From Scyliorhinus canicula (taxonomy: Eukaryota): a DNA stretch of 64,000 nucleotides. The stretch is from positions 92,363,377 to 92,427,376 of the forward strand of contig NC_052164.1 in NCBI RefSeq assembly GCF_902713615.1. The letters are read 5' to 3'. Positions 49,149 to 61,729 of the stretch are shown here, one piece after another (position 1 is the stretch's first letter; each line of letters begins with the position of its first letter). The position numbers and the translations under genes are program-made. The notes below the pieces were generated by a model. That model saw only the letters and a program-made list of their open reading frames with translations, was not told where the DNA came from and searched no databases.

Positions 49149-50786
49149 TATCCTCTTCCTATTGATATACTTCTAGAATATCATGGGATTTCCCCAACTT
49201 TAACCAGCCAGAGTTTTTGCATAACCCCTCTTTGCTCTCCAAATTGCTTTCTTAAGTTCCGTCCTGCACTTTCTGTACTCCACTAATGCCGCTGTTGATT
49301 TGCTCCCGTTGCACTCAATAAAAGCCTCTCTTTTCCTGCTCCTCGTATCCCAAATGTGCTGGCCATCCAAGGTTCTCTGGGCTTGTTTCTCCTTCCTTTA
49401 CCCTGAAGGGAACATGCTGGGCCTGTACCCTCCCCACCACCCACTGGTCTTCTGTAGATTTCCCCACAATAACTTTTTCCAGGCTACCTTGGCCAGATCC
49501 TGCCTTATTACTAAAATCCGCTATTCACCAATCCAAAACCTTTTTTGCAACTTGTCCATTTCTTTGTCTACAACTTAAATTATACCATGTCGTGGTCACT
49601 TTCAGTAAAATCCTCCCCCACCAACACATCAACCATCTGTCTGGCTTCATTCCCCAGAATTAACACTGCACCGTCCCTTGTTGGACCCTCTACATACGGA
49701 GTTAAAAAGTTCTCCGGTGTATATTTTAAGAACTCCACTCCATCTAAGACTGTAACACGATGACTATACCTATTAATGTTGGGAAAGTTGAAATTATCCA
49801 ATATAATTACCCTATTATTATTTTTACACACGTGCTTGAGCACATATTTGCTCCTCAATTTCCCGCTGCCTATCTGGGGGTCGATAATAAACACCTACCA
49901 ATGTGGCCGTCCCATTTTTATTCCTAAGCTCTACCAACAAAGCTTCATTTGATGCCCCCTCCAAGATATCTCACCCAATTGCAGTAACTGACTCCTTAAC
50001 TAATAATGCAATGCCTCCTCCTCTGTCTTGCCAGAAGAGTCTATATCCCGGGATGCTGAGCTGCAAATCCTGCCCCTCCCTCAACAACATCTCCGTGATG
50101 GCTACTATAATCACAATTTAAATGTACCCATCTTGTCCGTCAATGGTTTAAAATGTAGTAAATGTATTGCTTAGTCTGTGCGAGTAGAGAGATTGGATTA
50201 AAACAGGGCCACAAAGACTACCTTGTTAATCCCAATTTTGATAAGCATGACTGAATCATCTCAATGACAACATTCTTTAACCACATTCCTAGTGCAGGAC
50301 AGCTTGATGTCTTATAATATTGAACTTTTGCTTTGTAGTTTTGAAACAGGTGTTGCGTCTCGTCAACGTAGCACCATGGAATTAGACCACAATCAAGAAA
50401 TGAGTTTGGCCACAATCAGGACGACTTGCTGCTGTTCCACGGTGCTTCACAGAACAGAAACAGTGAGGATTCTTACGGTTAAACGGTAATGGGAGAGGTT
50501 TATTGCAATGTCCTGAATACCCATGTCCTCATGCATCCAGTTTGAATTGTGGAAAAGGTGAGCTCTACTTGATCAAATTAGTCAAGAGGAATCATCTCAG
50601 GCTGTCCCTATACATCTCTTAATAGCTGGTGCAATTACTGGAGGTTGTCGAGCAACCTTTGCAAACAGGGAATAACTAGAAGTCTAAAGTGAGGAGGACG
50701 GAACCTTTAAAATGTTGTTTGCTCTGAAAATTACCGAGAACTTAACAGGAAAAGTGGAATGTTATTTAGAACTATCTGATGCTCAC

Positions 50787-50911
50787 TTTTGAACCGTGAT
50801 GCAGATGATTGTACCAAGTGGCACATCTCGTGCTCCCGCTGGCAATAGGATTTTTGCCATGTAACATTCTTCCAGACTCTCAAAGCCTACTGTTGCCTTG
50901 TCTGTTTCCAC
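50787..50911 (-). CDS. DLAT: DLAT exon 3 (125 nt), lipoyl-lysine 1
   Basis: [41 protein letters not shown]; AG/GTGAG flanks. Confidence 0.96.
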
Positions 50912-51639
50912 CTGAGAAAATACATATATATTTTAATAAAGAGAAAAAAAAACAATAATTCTGGAAAACAATGTCACCTTTTATGTTTCAAATAAACATT
51001 GGACATTTTTCCTCGGAATTGCTCCCTGCCGGTTGGCATAAACTAGCCATTCTGTAGGGCAACTGTTGACTCTCATACACAGGAGCCTGTTAGGATTTGA
51101 CTTCTTCATTTACACTTCTCACACTGGTGAGCACATAATCCAGAATATTTCCAAACTTTACAATAGTACAAGCACTGTACGAAATCTTTCATAACATTTT
51201 GGACTGTTTGCTGATTATTGATAGAGCTGAGTGACATGGATTGGATACTTATTTGCTATGCCTAATACGATAAGTTAATGCCATTCCTCATGCAAGCCCA
51301 TTCCTTAAACCCTCCATACCCCATTCCTTTTGTAAAGAAAAGTAAAATCTGGTTTCATTTGTTCACATCTGTGGCAAAGTTAATAAAAAGGCCCCCTTAA
51401 TGCAATGATGATCATTATAGAATATCTTGCCTAAACATGTAACTATGAGCGTTGATGCCATTTTATCAGAAACAAATGCAAGAATACAGTTTTTAAACAA
51501 ATACAATACAGTTGGCCATCGTACAATTAGATTACCAACTATATCTCAATTCTGGTTCTGCAGTGAATGTCATTAAGGAGTTGTGCAAGTTGCCAGTTGT
51601 TTTTAAAAACATTTTATAGAGTTTTGATTAGAAAAAATG

Positions 51640-51975
51640 AATTATTTATACGGCATCTTTCACATCCTCAGGACATCGCAACGTGCTTCACAGCGCCAGC
51701 CAATTAAATGTAGCTGCAATTGTAATGTATGCAAGCGCAACAGCCAATTTGCACACAGCAAGACCAGATAGTCAGTTGTTGCTGGCTATGGTACAGAGAG
51801 AATTCCCCAGCTCCCCTCGAAATAGTGCCACAAAATCTTTCTTTCCATCTGAGAGGGGAAGGCAGTGCCTTGAAGTCTTCCTCAGCATATCCCATTTCCA
51901 AAAGTGGGTATTCCCATAGTACTACGCTGAATTGTCAGGCTTGACTTTGTGCTGAAGTCTCCGGAGTGGGGCCTG
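51640..51975. mobile_element. Ancient Deu-domain (SacSINE1-like) SINE relic; related relics near 20240-20400, 21780-22110, 43780-44140 and 60480-60660
   Basis: Degenerate CAGCCAATTTGCACACAGCAAGA...AATAGTGCC...CTGAGAGGG...GTACTxCxCTG..TGTCAG blocks recalled from DeuSINE consensus; not aligned computationally. Confidence 0.5.
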
Positions 51976-52104
51976 ATTATCTTTTAAATTGCAGCAACTT
52001 TTATTCTTAATAAGAACATATAAAAACAGACTATTTCCTTTAAATACACAAGCAACTATTTTGCAATAGGAAATAGTCCTAGTATGGGGTATACGATTAA
52101 AAAT

Positions 52105-52408
52105 CATAGAATTCCTACAGTGCAGGAGGCGGCCATTCGGACCACCAAGTCTGCACCAACCCACCAAAAGAGCACCCTACCCAAGCCCAATCCACCGCCC
52201 TACCCCCATAACTCCAACTAACCTTTGGACACTTGGGGGCAATTTGGCATGGCCAATTCACACAACCTGCACCTCTTTGGGCTGTGGGAGAAGACCGGAG
52301 GAGGAAACCCACGTGGACACTGGGAGAATGCGCAAACTCCACACAATCACCAGAGGTCAAGAATCGAATCCTGGCGCTGTACTGCAGCAGTGCTAACCAC
52401 CTTACCAC
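52105..52408 (-). mobile_element. HE1 SINE
   Basis: Reverse complement HE1 blocks. Confidence 0.85.
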
Positions 52409-52873
52409 CTCAAAAATGATACAGGGCAGCAAAGCAAAGCAGAAATGAAGGCCTGTTGTTGTCCAAATGTCTCAATTCAATAAACCTGATATTTTGATGC
52501 TTCTATCTCTACAAACACAGTGGCCAACACAGAAAGTAGACATGGCATAATGTTGCTAGGCACCCATGAAAAATAGGCATCTTCGTAACCACTTTTGCAC
52601 CACCAACTGTCCAGTTAAAATTCCATAGGATTGGCATCACTGCCCAGGCTGGCCTATTAAATTATTGAGGCCAGTGGCAGAGCTGACAATTTGTCACAAA
52701 TGTACAATTCTGTTGCCAGGATAGTTTTGCGGGCAACGTGTGTGAGCTCTGGTATGAAACCAAGAGAACTGCAGTGTGAAAGCAGATGTTCAGGATCACT
52801 TTGATACACACCAAACACACAGCATCACTACAAACTGGCTGTACAAAAAAAGGTTGGTGAGATTTGCATATTA

Positions 52874-53023
<150 letters not shown>

Positions 53024-53539
53024 CTATGGATAAAACAACGAGTTACACAGCTCTTCTGGGTACAGGTACAATGTCTCAAAAATTGGCAACCTTGGGTCCA
53101 AGTTCGCATCTGATTTTGGATATTAGACCATAAGACATAGGAGCAGTGGTAAACCATTCGACCCATCCAGTCTGCTCTACCTTTCAATGAGATAACGACT
53201 GATCTGATGTGCTAATCCTCAACACCACTATTCTGCCTTATCCCCATAGCCCTGGTTTCCCCTACTGATTAAATCTGTCTCTCCCAGCCTTGAACATACT
53301 TAATGACCCACCCAGCCTCCACGATAAAGAATTCCACTGATTCACTACCCTCTGGGAGAAGAAATTACTCATCTGTCTGAAATGAGAGTTTTGGATCGTG
53401 TGAGCCAGGTCAAAGGTCGCTTGGATCACTGCGAAAAGACTGACACAAAGCCGATAACTAGCTCAGCATGTCACTTCACCAATGCACACCTAGCCAGATA
53501 AGCTGAAAAGTTATTTTACTCTTTTAACACTAAAATTCT

Positions 53540-56500
53540 TGACTTCCGATGGGATTGATTTGCTGAGCAGACACACATCAGATGGCTCGCCTCCAAAAAA
53601 TAACCAAATAGGCACTTTTAGGCGAATTTTGCCTGAGAATTCGACAGGAATTCACCCTTAACCGAGAAAGGGGAGGAATAGAGCCAGCAAATGAGAGCTC
53701 GAGAGGCTGAAGGGACAGCATGAGCGGAGGGAAAGAACACGAGCAACAGGCGAACGAGCCGGCGGACCCACGAGGCGAGGGGGTCCCTGGCCACCCAAGG
53801 GAGAGGGAAACCAGCGACCCGAGCATCAGACTCCATCCCCCACTACTTGGAGGCGAATGGAAGGCATTCCTTCTGAAGGAACTGGCTGCGATGAGAGGCG
53901 ATAAAGGTAGAAATCCAGGTGGCGGTCACAGAGGCGATGGTCTCCACGCAAACAGCAATCGATGGATTGGGGAAGAAGGTGGAGGCACAGAAAAAACGAT
54001 CCAGGGGCTGAAGGAGTTGACATACCAGAGTGACAGGATTGTCACAAGGTTGGGGGCGGCCCTGGGGAACTTGGAAGGGGCAAGTCGAGGACCAAGAGAA
54101 CAGGTCCTGACACCAGAACATTCGAATTGTGGGCCTCCCAGAGGGGATTGAGAGCAGGGACCCGACTGGCTACATCAGGGGTGGGCAAACTTTTCCGTGC
54201 AAGGGCCACATTCAGAAATTCACAATTCACAAAGGGCCGCATAGTATATTAAGTAAAATAATTACTTCACCCGGTTATGATTCTGGGCGCCTCATATAGA
54301 ACATAGAACAGCACAGAACAGGCCCTTCGGCCCTCGACGTTGTGCCGAGCAATGATCACCCTACTCAAGTCAACGTATCCACCCTATACCCGTAACCCAA
54401 CAGCCCCCCCCATTAACCTTAAAAAAAATTTTAAAAAAAAAAAAAATTTTTTAAAAAAAATTTTTTTTTTTTTTTAATGACTTGGTGGGCCACAGAAATA
54501 CCTTTGGCGGGCCGCATGCGGCCCGCGGGCCGTAGTTTGCCCACCCCTGGGCTACATTGTCCAAATGCTGGGCAACCTAATCGGGAAGGACAGCCACCCC
54601 AGCACCTCCCCCCCCCCCCCCCCCCCGGAGATGGACAGGTCGCTCCGGCCAAAACTCCAAGATAGGGGAACACTCGAGGGCGATCATCGCGAAATTACAT
54701 CGATACCAGGAGGTAGGTGAAACAGACCAAGGCGAGTAGCTGGGAAGGACACAGAAGGTGGACATGGCTAAAACGCAGGACCGAATTTAACCAGAATGCT
54801 GTTCCCAGCTTGGCTCTTGGTCACATTCCAGAATAAGGAATATTATTTCAACACTCCAACGGAGGTGGACAAGTTTGTTCAGTCAAATGGCCTGGACAAG
54901 GGGCAGGCGAGGCATCGATGAAGGTGAAGCAGAGGAGGAAAGAGAGAGAGAAAGAAATCTATTGGACACATGATATTCTTGCGCGGGACAGTGCTGCCTC
55001 GCTTTGACCAGAAAGACCAGGTCATAGGGAAGGGCAGCAGAACGCAGGCGACGGTGAGAAATAGGCAGAGGGAATGGACAGACAGCGAGCATGATCAACC
55101 CCAGGAGGGGGGCCACCACACTAGCAGGGATAGCTAGCACAGGAAGAAAGATAGCAAGGGAGGCTGCAGGCACCTCCCGATAGGGAGGGAGCTTCTCAAG
55201 GGGGGAGGGGGAATGGACGGGGAGGGGGAATGCTGAGGGGGAGACGCAGGAGGGGAGGAACACAAAGGGAAGGGTTGGTTTTCAGGTTGGCTTCAGCAGG
55301 TAAGGTGCAGTTTGAGGGAACAAGATGGCACCGCAAGTAGCCACTCTAGAGGATCCCTAAACAAAAGGAAACCCCAGAGCGCAGGGCCTGACCTCATGTG
55401 AGAACGGTGACTGCAGCACCCTAACAAAGAGAAGCCCTGGAGCGCAGGGGCGTATCCACCAGGTAAGTATGGTTGATCCTGCAAGGAGGGGTCAGAAACC
55501 CCCTCCACCAAGATTATCACCTGGAATGTCAGAGGTCTTAACAGCCCAGTGAAAAGATCCAGAGTCGTCCACTTAAGAAGTTTGAAAACTGACATAGTCG
55601 TCCTGCAAAAGACACACCTAAGGGAGAAGGAACGACTTCGGGTCAGGAAGGGCTTGGTGGGACAGACATATCACTCGTGTTACAGGGCGATGGCTAGGGG
55701 TGTAGCCATACTGATTAGCAAGGGGATGGTGCTTACGGTGACATGGATGGGTACTGACCCAGGGGGACGGTACGTCATGGTCTACCGGGTCCGGAAAGGG
55801 ACACCGGTAGTTCTGGTAAACGTGTACGTTGCCAACTGGGATGTCACAGAATTTATGAAGACGACCATGGCAGAAATCCCCGGCATCGACACACACTGCT
55901 GATCATGGGGAGGGGCGACTTCAACTGTGTACAGGACCCACTGACAGACTGATCATCCACAAAACAGGGAAAAAGACAGGCATGGCTAGGGAACTGGGAT
56001 CTTTCATAGAGCAGATGGGGCAGTGGACCCATGGCGATTCCTACAACCCGGTGAGAAGAAATTTTCAATCTTTCACTGGTGCATAAAGTATACACACGTA
56101 TTGACTTCTTTGCAATTGGGAAATCAGTGCTTCCAGAAATAACAAGGGCTGAGTACTTCGCGATCATAATCTCTGGCCACGCTCCACACTACATGGATGC
56201 TAGGTTGGAGACGGGCCCTGCCCAACAGCCCACATGGAGGTTGGACTTGGACCTTTTGGCCGACAAGGCCTTCTGCCAGAAAATGTCACAGGCCATAGGC
56301 GAGTACATCACTAATAACCAGAACGAGGAAGTCTCACCCTCCACATTCTGGAGGCATTGAAGGCAGCGATTAGGGGAGAGATTACAGCCTACAAGGCACG
56401 TAGAGACAAGGAAGAGGGGGCAGCTGGGCAGTAACTGAATGACTCCATCAAGGAAGTCGACAGAAAATACTCCGAGGCCCCGACCGTAGAGCTTCTGGCA

Positions 56501-58285
56501 ATTCACCAACTCCACAAGACATGGGGATCCTCTATGAACACGAAGAGGTTAGCTACCTGTTGGCTCAGCAGCTGAGAAAGCAGGCAGCCACGAGGGAAAT
56601 AGCCCAGGTAAAGGACAGCAGAGGCAGACTGATAGCCGAACAAAAAAAAGATCAACCAAGCATTTGAGGCCTTCTACCGGGGACTATACATCTCCGATCC
56701 CTCCAGCGGATATGAAACGGTTTCTCGATGGACTAGACATATCAGTTGTGGAGGTCGATAGACATGGGGAGCTGGAAGCACCAATAGGATTGGGAGAGAT
56801 CATGGAGAGTATTAACTACATGCAGGTGGGGAAGGCGCCGGGAACCCACCTTCTACAAAATATTTGCACCAACCCTGACCCCACACCTACGGAAATGATC
56901 GTGGATTCGCCAACACGGAGCAACCCGCCTCCAACGCCACGATATCGCAGATACCCAAAAACAACAAAGACCTGACGGAATGTGGAACATACAGACCCAT
57001 TTTGCTGCTCAATGTGGACGCGATGATACTCACAAAAGTCCTGGCTAAGAGACTGGAGAACTGCATATCAGAGGTGGTTGCAGAGGACCAGACCGGCTCT
57101 GTCAAGGGTAGACAGCTAACTCCAAATATCAGGCGGCTACACGCGAGACAGACTTGCGACCCTAGACAAACTAACGGAAGAACTGTAACGACCGGAGTTA
57201 TGGCACCTACAAATCAAACACATTCTCCACAAGGAGACGAAGCGGTATCCTAGGGCCCCGAGAGATGTTTACTGGAGGAACTACTAAGCACGGATACTAA
57301 AGAGAAGGGAAACCGTGGGGACATCTACGGACGACTGCTGGAAAGGGTAAAAACACCATTGGACGAAGCTAGGCAGAAATGGGAGGCCAAACTCGAGACA
57401 GAAGTCCGTTGGGGACTCTGGAGCGAAGCAAGCCTAAACCTCATGCAGTTTAAAGTAGTGCACAGAGCTCACCTAACTAGAGCCTGAATGAACAGGTTCT
57501 TCCCGCAGGTAGAGGATAAACGTGAAGGGTGCCAGGGAAGCGCGGCCAACCACCCCCACATGTTCTGGGCCCGCCCCAGACGTGCCGGGCTCTGGGCAGC
57601 CTTCTTCGAGGCGATGTGGGGGTGAGGGTGGAGCCATGCCAGAGTGTGGCAGTCGTCAGGGTTTCATACCGGCCAGAACTACATATGGGCAAGAGGGCCG
57701 ATGCCCTGGCTTTTGCTTTCTTAATCGCACGCCAGAGAATCCTGCTTGGCTGGAGATAAGCAGCACCATCCACAGCTGTAGACTGACTGGCAGACATATC
57801 GGAATTTCTCTACCTGAAGATGATCAAATACACCATCCGAGAGTTGGACAAGGACTTCCACAAAGCATGGGGGTTAATCATCAGCCTGTTCAAAGCCAAT
57901 AGTGATTAGGAAGGGGGGGAAGACCGATTACGGCAGACAACAGCCAAAAGGAATTGGGGAGGGGGCGGGGGGAGGCAAGGAAGGAACCCCAGGGAAGTAG
58001 CAGAGAGACATGGGAAAGAGAGGGAGGAAGAGGCAGAGAGCACCCAGTGTACCCACAAGGCTAACAGCAGGAACCGCATAAGAAAAGGTGAAGTATAGCA
58101 ATATGACACCCAGGGCCAAAGGTGGCGCCAAGAAAGAGCCAAGAAGGAGCCCGATTATCAACGCCGATAGGAGGAGGGCATGTAAAATTGTACATAACAC
58201 CATACATTGTAAATTTTATGTTCTTTATATGTTATGCTGTTTAAATTCCCAAATACCAATAAATACTAAACAAAACAATAAAATT
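53540..58285 (+). mobile_element. Degenerate, internally deleted L1/Tx1 LINE in DLAT intron 1
   Basis: 5' ACTTCCG start; ORF1 relic EDQENRS-xNIRIVGLPEG; ORF2 from about 55469 (ITWNVRGLN, YTRIDFF, YRPILLLNVD); RT core missing after about 57135; A-rich end at about 58258-58285. Confidence 0.88.
54176..54549. mobile_element. Non-autonomous hAT element with perfect TIRs and TSD, containing a SINE 3' segment
   Basis: TIR CAGGGGTGGGCAAAC (54176-54190) / GTTTGCCCACCCCTG (54535-54549); perfect 8-bp TSD GGCTACAT (54168-54175, 54550-54557). Confidence 0.92.
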
Positions 58286-59674
58286 CATGCATAGCAGCTT
58301 ATAAAAATGTCAGGTTTTCAGATAGCCAGATTTAAGACACTGCATCTGTAAAATAACTGAATAAGGGGCATCACATTTCAAAAAATGTTTTATTGACCAA
58401 GGCAGCCAATTCATTCTTCAACCTATATTTAGTGCCCATGCCAAAACAATTCCAGCAGAAACAGAAGAAATGGACAAGCAATAAATATTACAAACTCACT
58501 CCTGTCAGGCTTCAAAAGATTTTTGTAAGTTATGTGAGCACTTCATCAAAAGAATAGGTGGGCTTGAAGAGATTTTACATATTTTCAGTCATTCTGAAAG
58601 CTGTGGACTTGCTTTTAGACCATCACGTCAGGTCAGTAAAATGGGCCTCAAACATTCCTCTGAAAGGCAACATCTCAAAATAAGCATCGAGGCAGCAACC
58701 ATTCAGCAAGAAGGCACGTATGTGGTTAGAATTAGGTATTTGAAACTACATTTAGTGGGAGGGCAGATATTTGGTGCAGAAACTTCCAGACAGCCCATTC
58801 AAAAAGTAGCAAGTAGCAGAGTGGGCATTAAGCATCCAATGTAACTGGGAAACAATACCCAATTCTCTGACCGTTACTCACAAGTCTGACCAATAAAGCT
58901 CAGTAATTGCAACCAGCAGCAGGCTGTAAATTAAGCCAGAAGTGCCATGATGGCAATTACAGGAACCACAGTATCAGATTTCAATCAAACTGTATAATTA
59001 TCTCCACATAACTTCCTACAGTCAGGAGACAATGCAGAATCCAAAACCAGGTATACAATGCAGCAGCAGATGTTTAAACTCCTACAGTTATGTTATAGAA
59101 TTCCTTTCCCCAAACTCCTTCCAATGACCTTCCAGCACCAAGGAGGCCAGGAGCTGCAAAGTTATGGGCACATTATCACCTTCAAGTCACACAGCCTCCA
59201 AGTATAGTGAAATATCACTGTTCCTTCATCATCATTGGGTTAATATCCCAGAATTTCCTACCCAACACCACTATGGGAAGACCAATACCACAAGACCTAC
59301 AATGGTCATGGAGATTGCTCACCACCAGCTGATCATAAATAAATTTAGCCTAGCCACAATCATCCACATTTTGAATTTTTCCCCCAAAAAACACTGCCTT
59401 AATTAGTCACGCCATCAGCCTCATAAATATCTTACATTTATATGAAGGTTCTTCCATCATCTCATGTTAATATGGCAACCAATTGCCATCTAATTAACCT
59501 CTCATATAACCCTCTAAAATATTGAAATTTTCTAATGCTGTTTAGTGTTGTGAATAACCGATCAGTTATATTTATTACCTCAGTTTCAATAGTTTTAAAT
59601 TGTAAAAGATTTTGCGCTGGGAAACATTTTAAAGCCTTCAGAGAAGATCAGGTAAAACAGAGGGGAAATGTTGA

Positions 59675-59772
59675 TCCGTACCAGCCTCCCCGGACAGGCG
59701 CCGGAATGTGGCGACTAGGGGCTTTTCACAGTAACTTAATTGAAGCCTACTCGTGACAATAAGCGATTTTCA
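59675..59772 (+). mobile_element. Family B SINE, 5'-truncated
   Basis: Nearly identical to 60177-60273. Confidence 0.85.
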
Positions 59773-60097
59773 TAAAGTCAAACCATCTTCCAGAATCTTG
59801 TAATCTCACTAACACCGCAGTTTTTTAATTTGATACAAGCAAATAGTCATCATTTTAAATTTGACCAGCTAATTTTCCCCAAAAAATGAACAACTTGGCT
59901 TATGTAGCACCTTTAACATAAAACATTCCAGTTTGACGTGAGGGAATTCAAACAAAAGTTAACCTCAAGTCAAATGAGATTTTAGCACGTTCTGCTCGTC
60001 TACAAACACTATGTCACCTGCTACCACGTTGGAATGGTTGGTTATGCATGCCCACTCAGCACCCACTGTCCACCAGTGATATCATTCTGCGCACGTA

Positions 60098-60285
60098 AGG
60101 GGCTGGTTTAGCTCACTGGGCTAAATCACTGGCTTTTAAAGCAGACCATGGCAGGCCAGCAGCACGGTTCGATTCCCATACCAGCCTCCCCGGACAGGCG
60201 CCGGAATGTGGCGACTAGGGGCTTTTCACAGTAACTTAATTGAAGCCTACTCGTGACAATAAGCGATTTTCATTTTTTCATTTTA
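60098..60285 (+). mobile_element. tRNA-derived SINE, family B (full copy)
   Basis: GGGGCTGGTTTAGCTCACTGG A-box, GGTTCGATTCC B-box, body ...GGCGACTAGGGGCTTTTCACAGTAAC..., (CATTT)n tail. Confidence 0.88.
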
Positions 60286-60848
60286 CATTATTTGCCTCAA
60301 ATCACAAGCCCCCTTGCCAGCCACCGCAAAGATCTCACCACCTCCACTCTTGCCCCTACCAATCCTCCCCCCACCCTCCATGTCCCAAGACCTCACGCCA
60401 CCCTGTGTACAATGGGAGAAACCAAACGTGCCAGCAGACAAAGTGGGTGCCCTGAGTGGATCCGCAACTCTCAGCGCAGCGGCAAACACTGCCCTCCTTC
60501 AAAAGAGCACCACTGGATCCTTTCTGAGCACCCGAGGGGCCAGATGGAGGCCTTGGCATCAATGCCATGTCCGACATACAGCAGCACCACTGGCAATGCA
60601 GCACCCCCTCAGATGTTGCACGAGAGTGCCAGCCTTAATTGTTGTGGGATTCTGAACCTTGGGGTTCAGAATGGGAGGAATATATTGAGGTGGCGGGAAA
60701 TGCAAATAAATAGAAAGGAGCTGGAATTAATTAATAAAGTGGAGTCAATGAAAGGAAAGTGCTGCGACCTCTGTGCTGTGGTACTGAAGGTTCCTTTCCT
60801 GCCCTTGGTACAGGCCCTCCCTCCACCCTCTCTCCCCTTCTTGCTCAC

Positions 60849-61079
60849 CAGTTGATGTGGGGGGAGGCTGGACCACCTCCTGACCTGGGCCGGGGTCTGG
60901 GTCGGAGCCGCGGCCGGCAGCCCGCTCCCGGGCAGCAGGAAGCGCTTGGGGCCGGCCTTCCCGTGGGCGCTGAGCGAATACCAGCAGCGGGGAGCCGGAG
61001 GAGGCCGGCCCGGCCCCGCAGGCCGGCAGCCGCGGTGGAGCCGGACGCACGACCGCAAGCGGACTGCCTGGCGGAGCAT
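60849..61079 (-). CDS. DLAT: DLAT exon 1 (mitochondrial transit peptide to start of lipoyl domain 1)
   Basis: ATG at 61079; Arg-rich, acid-free presequence ending RRWSSLPPHQL (cf. RRYYSLPPHQK); GTGAG donor at 60848. Confidence 0.93.
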
Positions 61080-61230
61080 GGTAAAGGCGGCCTGGCGATC
61101 AGTCAGGGAGAGCGCGGGACTCGGAGCTGCTCGGCCTCTCCTCAATGACCTCCGCCGGACGGCAGAACAACTGCCGAAAAACGGACGTGACGTCACCGGA
61201 ATAATCCATTTCCGGTTCTATTGGCTCAAC
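61080..61230 (-). promoter_or_regulatory. DLAT 5' UTR / core promoter in CpG island: perfect CRE palindrome GTGACGTCAC (61187-61196), ETS/GABP CCGGAA sites (about 61196-61216), CCAAT (61220-61224)
   Basis: Motifs read directly; typical of nuclear-encoded mitochondrial gene promoters. Confidence 0.75.
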
Positions 61231-61547
61231 CCTCAGCTGCATTTCATTGCATTTTTAAAACCTCCCTTACCTGCACTTTATTACATTTTTATAATCTCCC
61301 TCAGCTGCATTTGATTGCATCTTTCAAACCTGCCTTACTGCATTTTTATAATCTCCCTCAGCTTCATTTCATTGCATTTTTAAAACCTCCTTTACCTGCA
61401 CTTTATTGCATTTTTATAATCTCCCTCATCTCCATTTCATTGCATTTTAAAACCTCCCTCATCTTCATTTCATTGCACTTTTTAATTCTCCCTCATCTTC
61501 ATTGCAATTTTTAATTCTCCCTCATCTTCATTTCATTGCAATTTTTA

Positions 61548-61729
61548 AATGAAATGAAATGAAACGAAAATCGCTTATTGTCACAAGTAGGCTTCAATGA
61601 AGTTACTGTGAAAAGCCCCTAGTCGCCACATTTCAGCACCTGTTCGGGGAGGCTGGTACGGGAATTAAACCGTGCTGCTGGTCTGCCTTGGTCTGCTTTA
61701 AAAGCCAGCGATTTAGCCCAGTGTGCTAA
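61548..61729 (-). mobile_element. Family B SINE inserted in the satellite
   Basis: Reverse copy with (GAAAT)n tail. Confidence 0.85.

Larger units (their letters stand above)
45410..50120 (-). mobile_element. CR1-clade LINE relic hosting a Rex1 element and an HE1 SINE
   Basis: EN region FNFPNIN...FLTPYVEGPTRDGAVL...SDH (49580-49894), linker VGLIRDQGGNL (47070-47327), RT relics at 46200-46930, 3' part to about 45410. Confidence 0.8.

Noticed and set aside
60098-60190. Possible tRNA gene
   Set aside because: A/B boxes are the head of a multi-copy SINE with body and tail; no proper cloverleaf followed by a Pol III terminator.
60253-60855. 200-aa plus-strand ORF antisense to DLAT intron 1
   Set aside because: Built from SINE tail, old SINE relic and low-complexity sequence; non-ATG start; no recognisable domain.
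60666-61196. Longer DLAT N-terminus from ORF track start 61196
   Set aside because: That start is a GTG inside the CRE promoter element; the ATG at 61079 has good Kozak context and gives a typical presequence.
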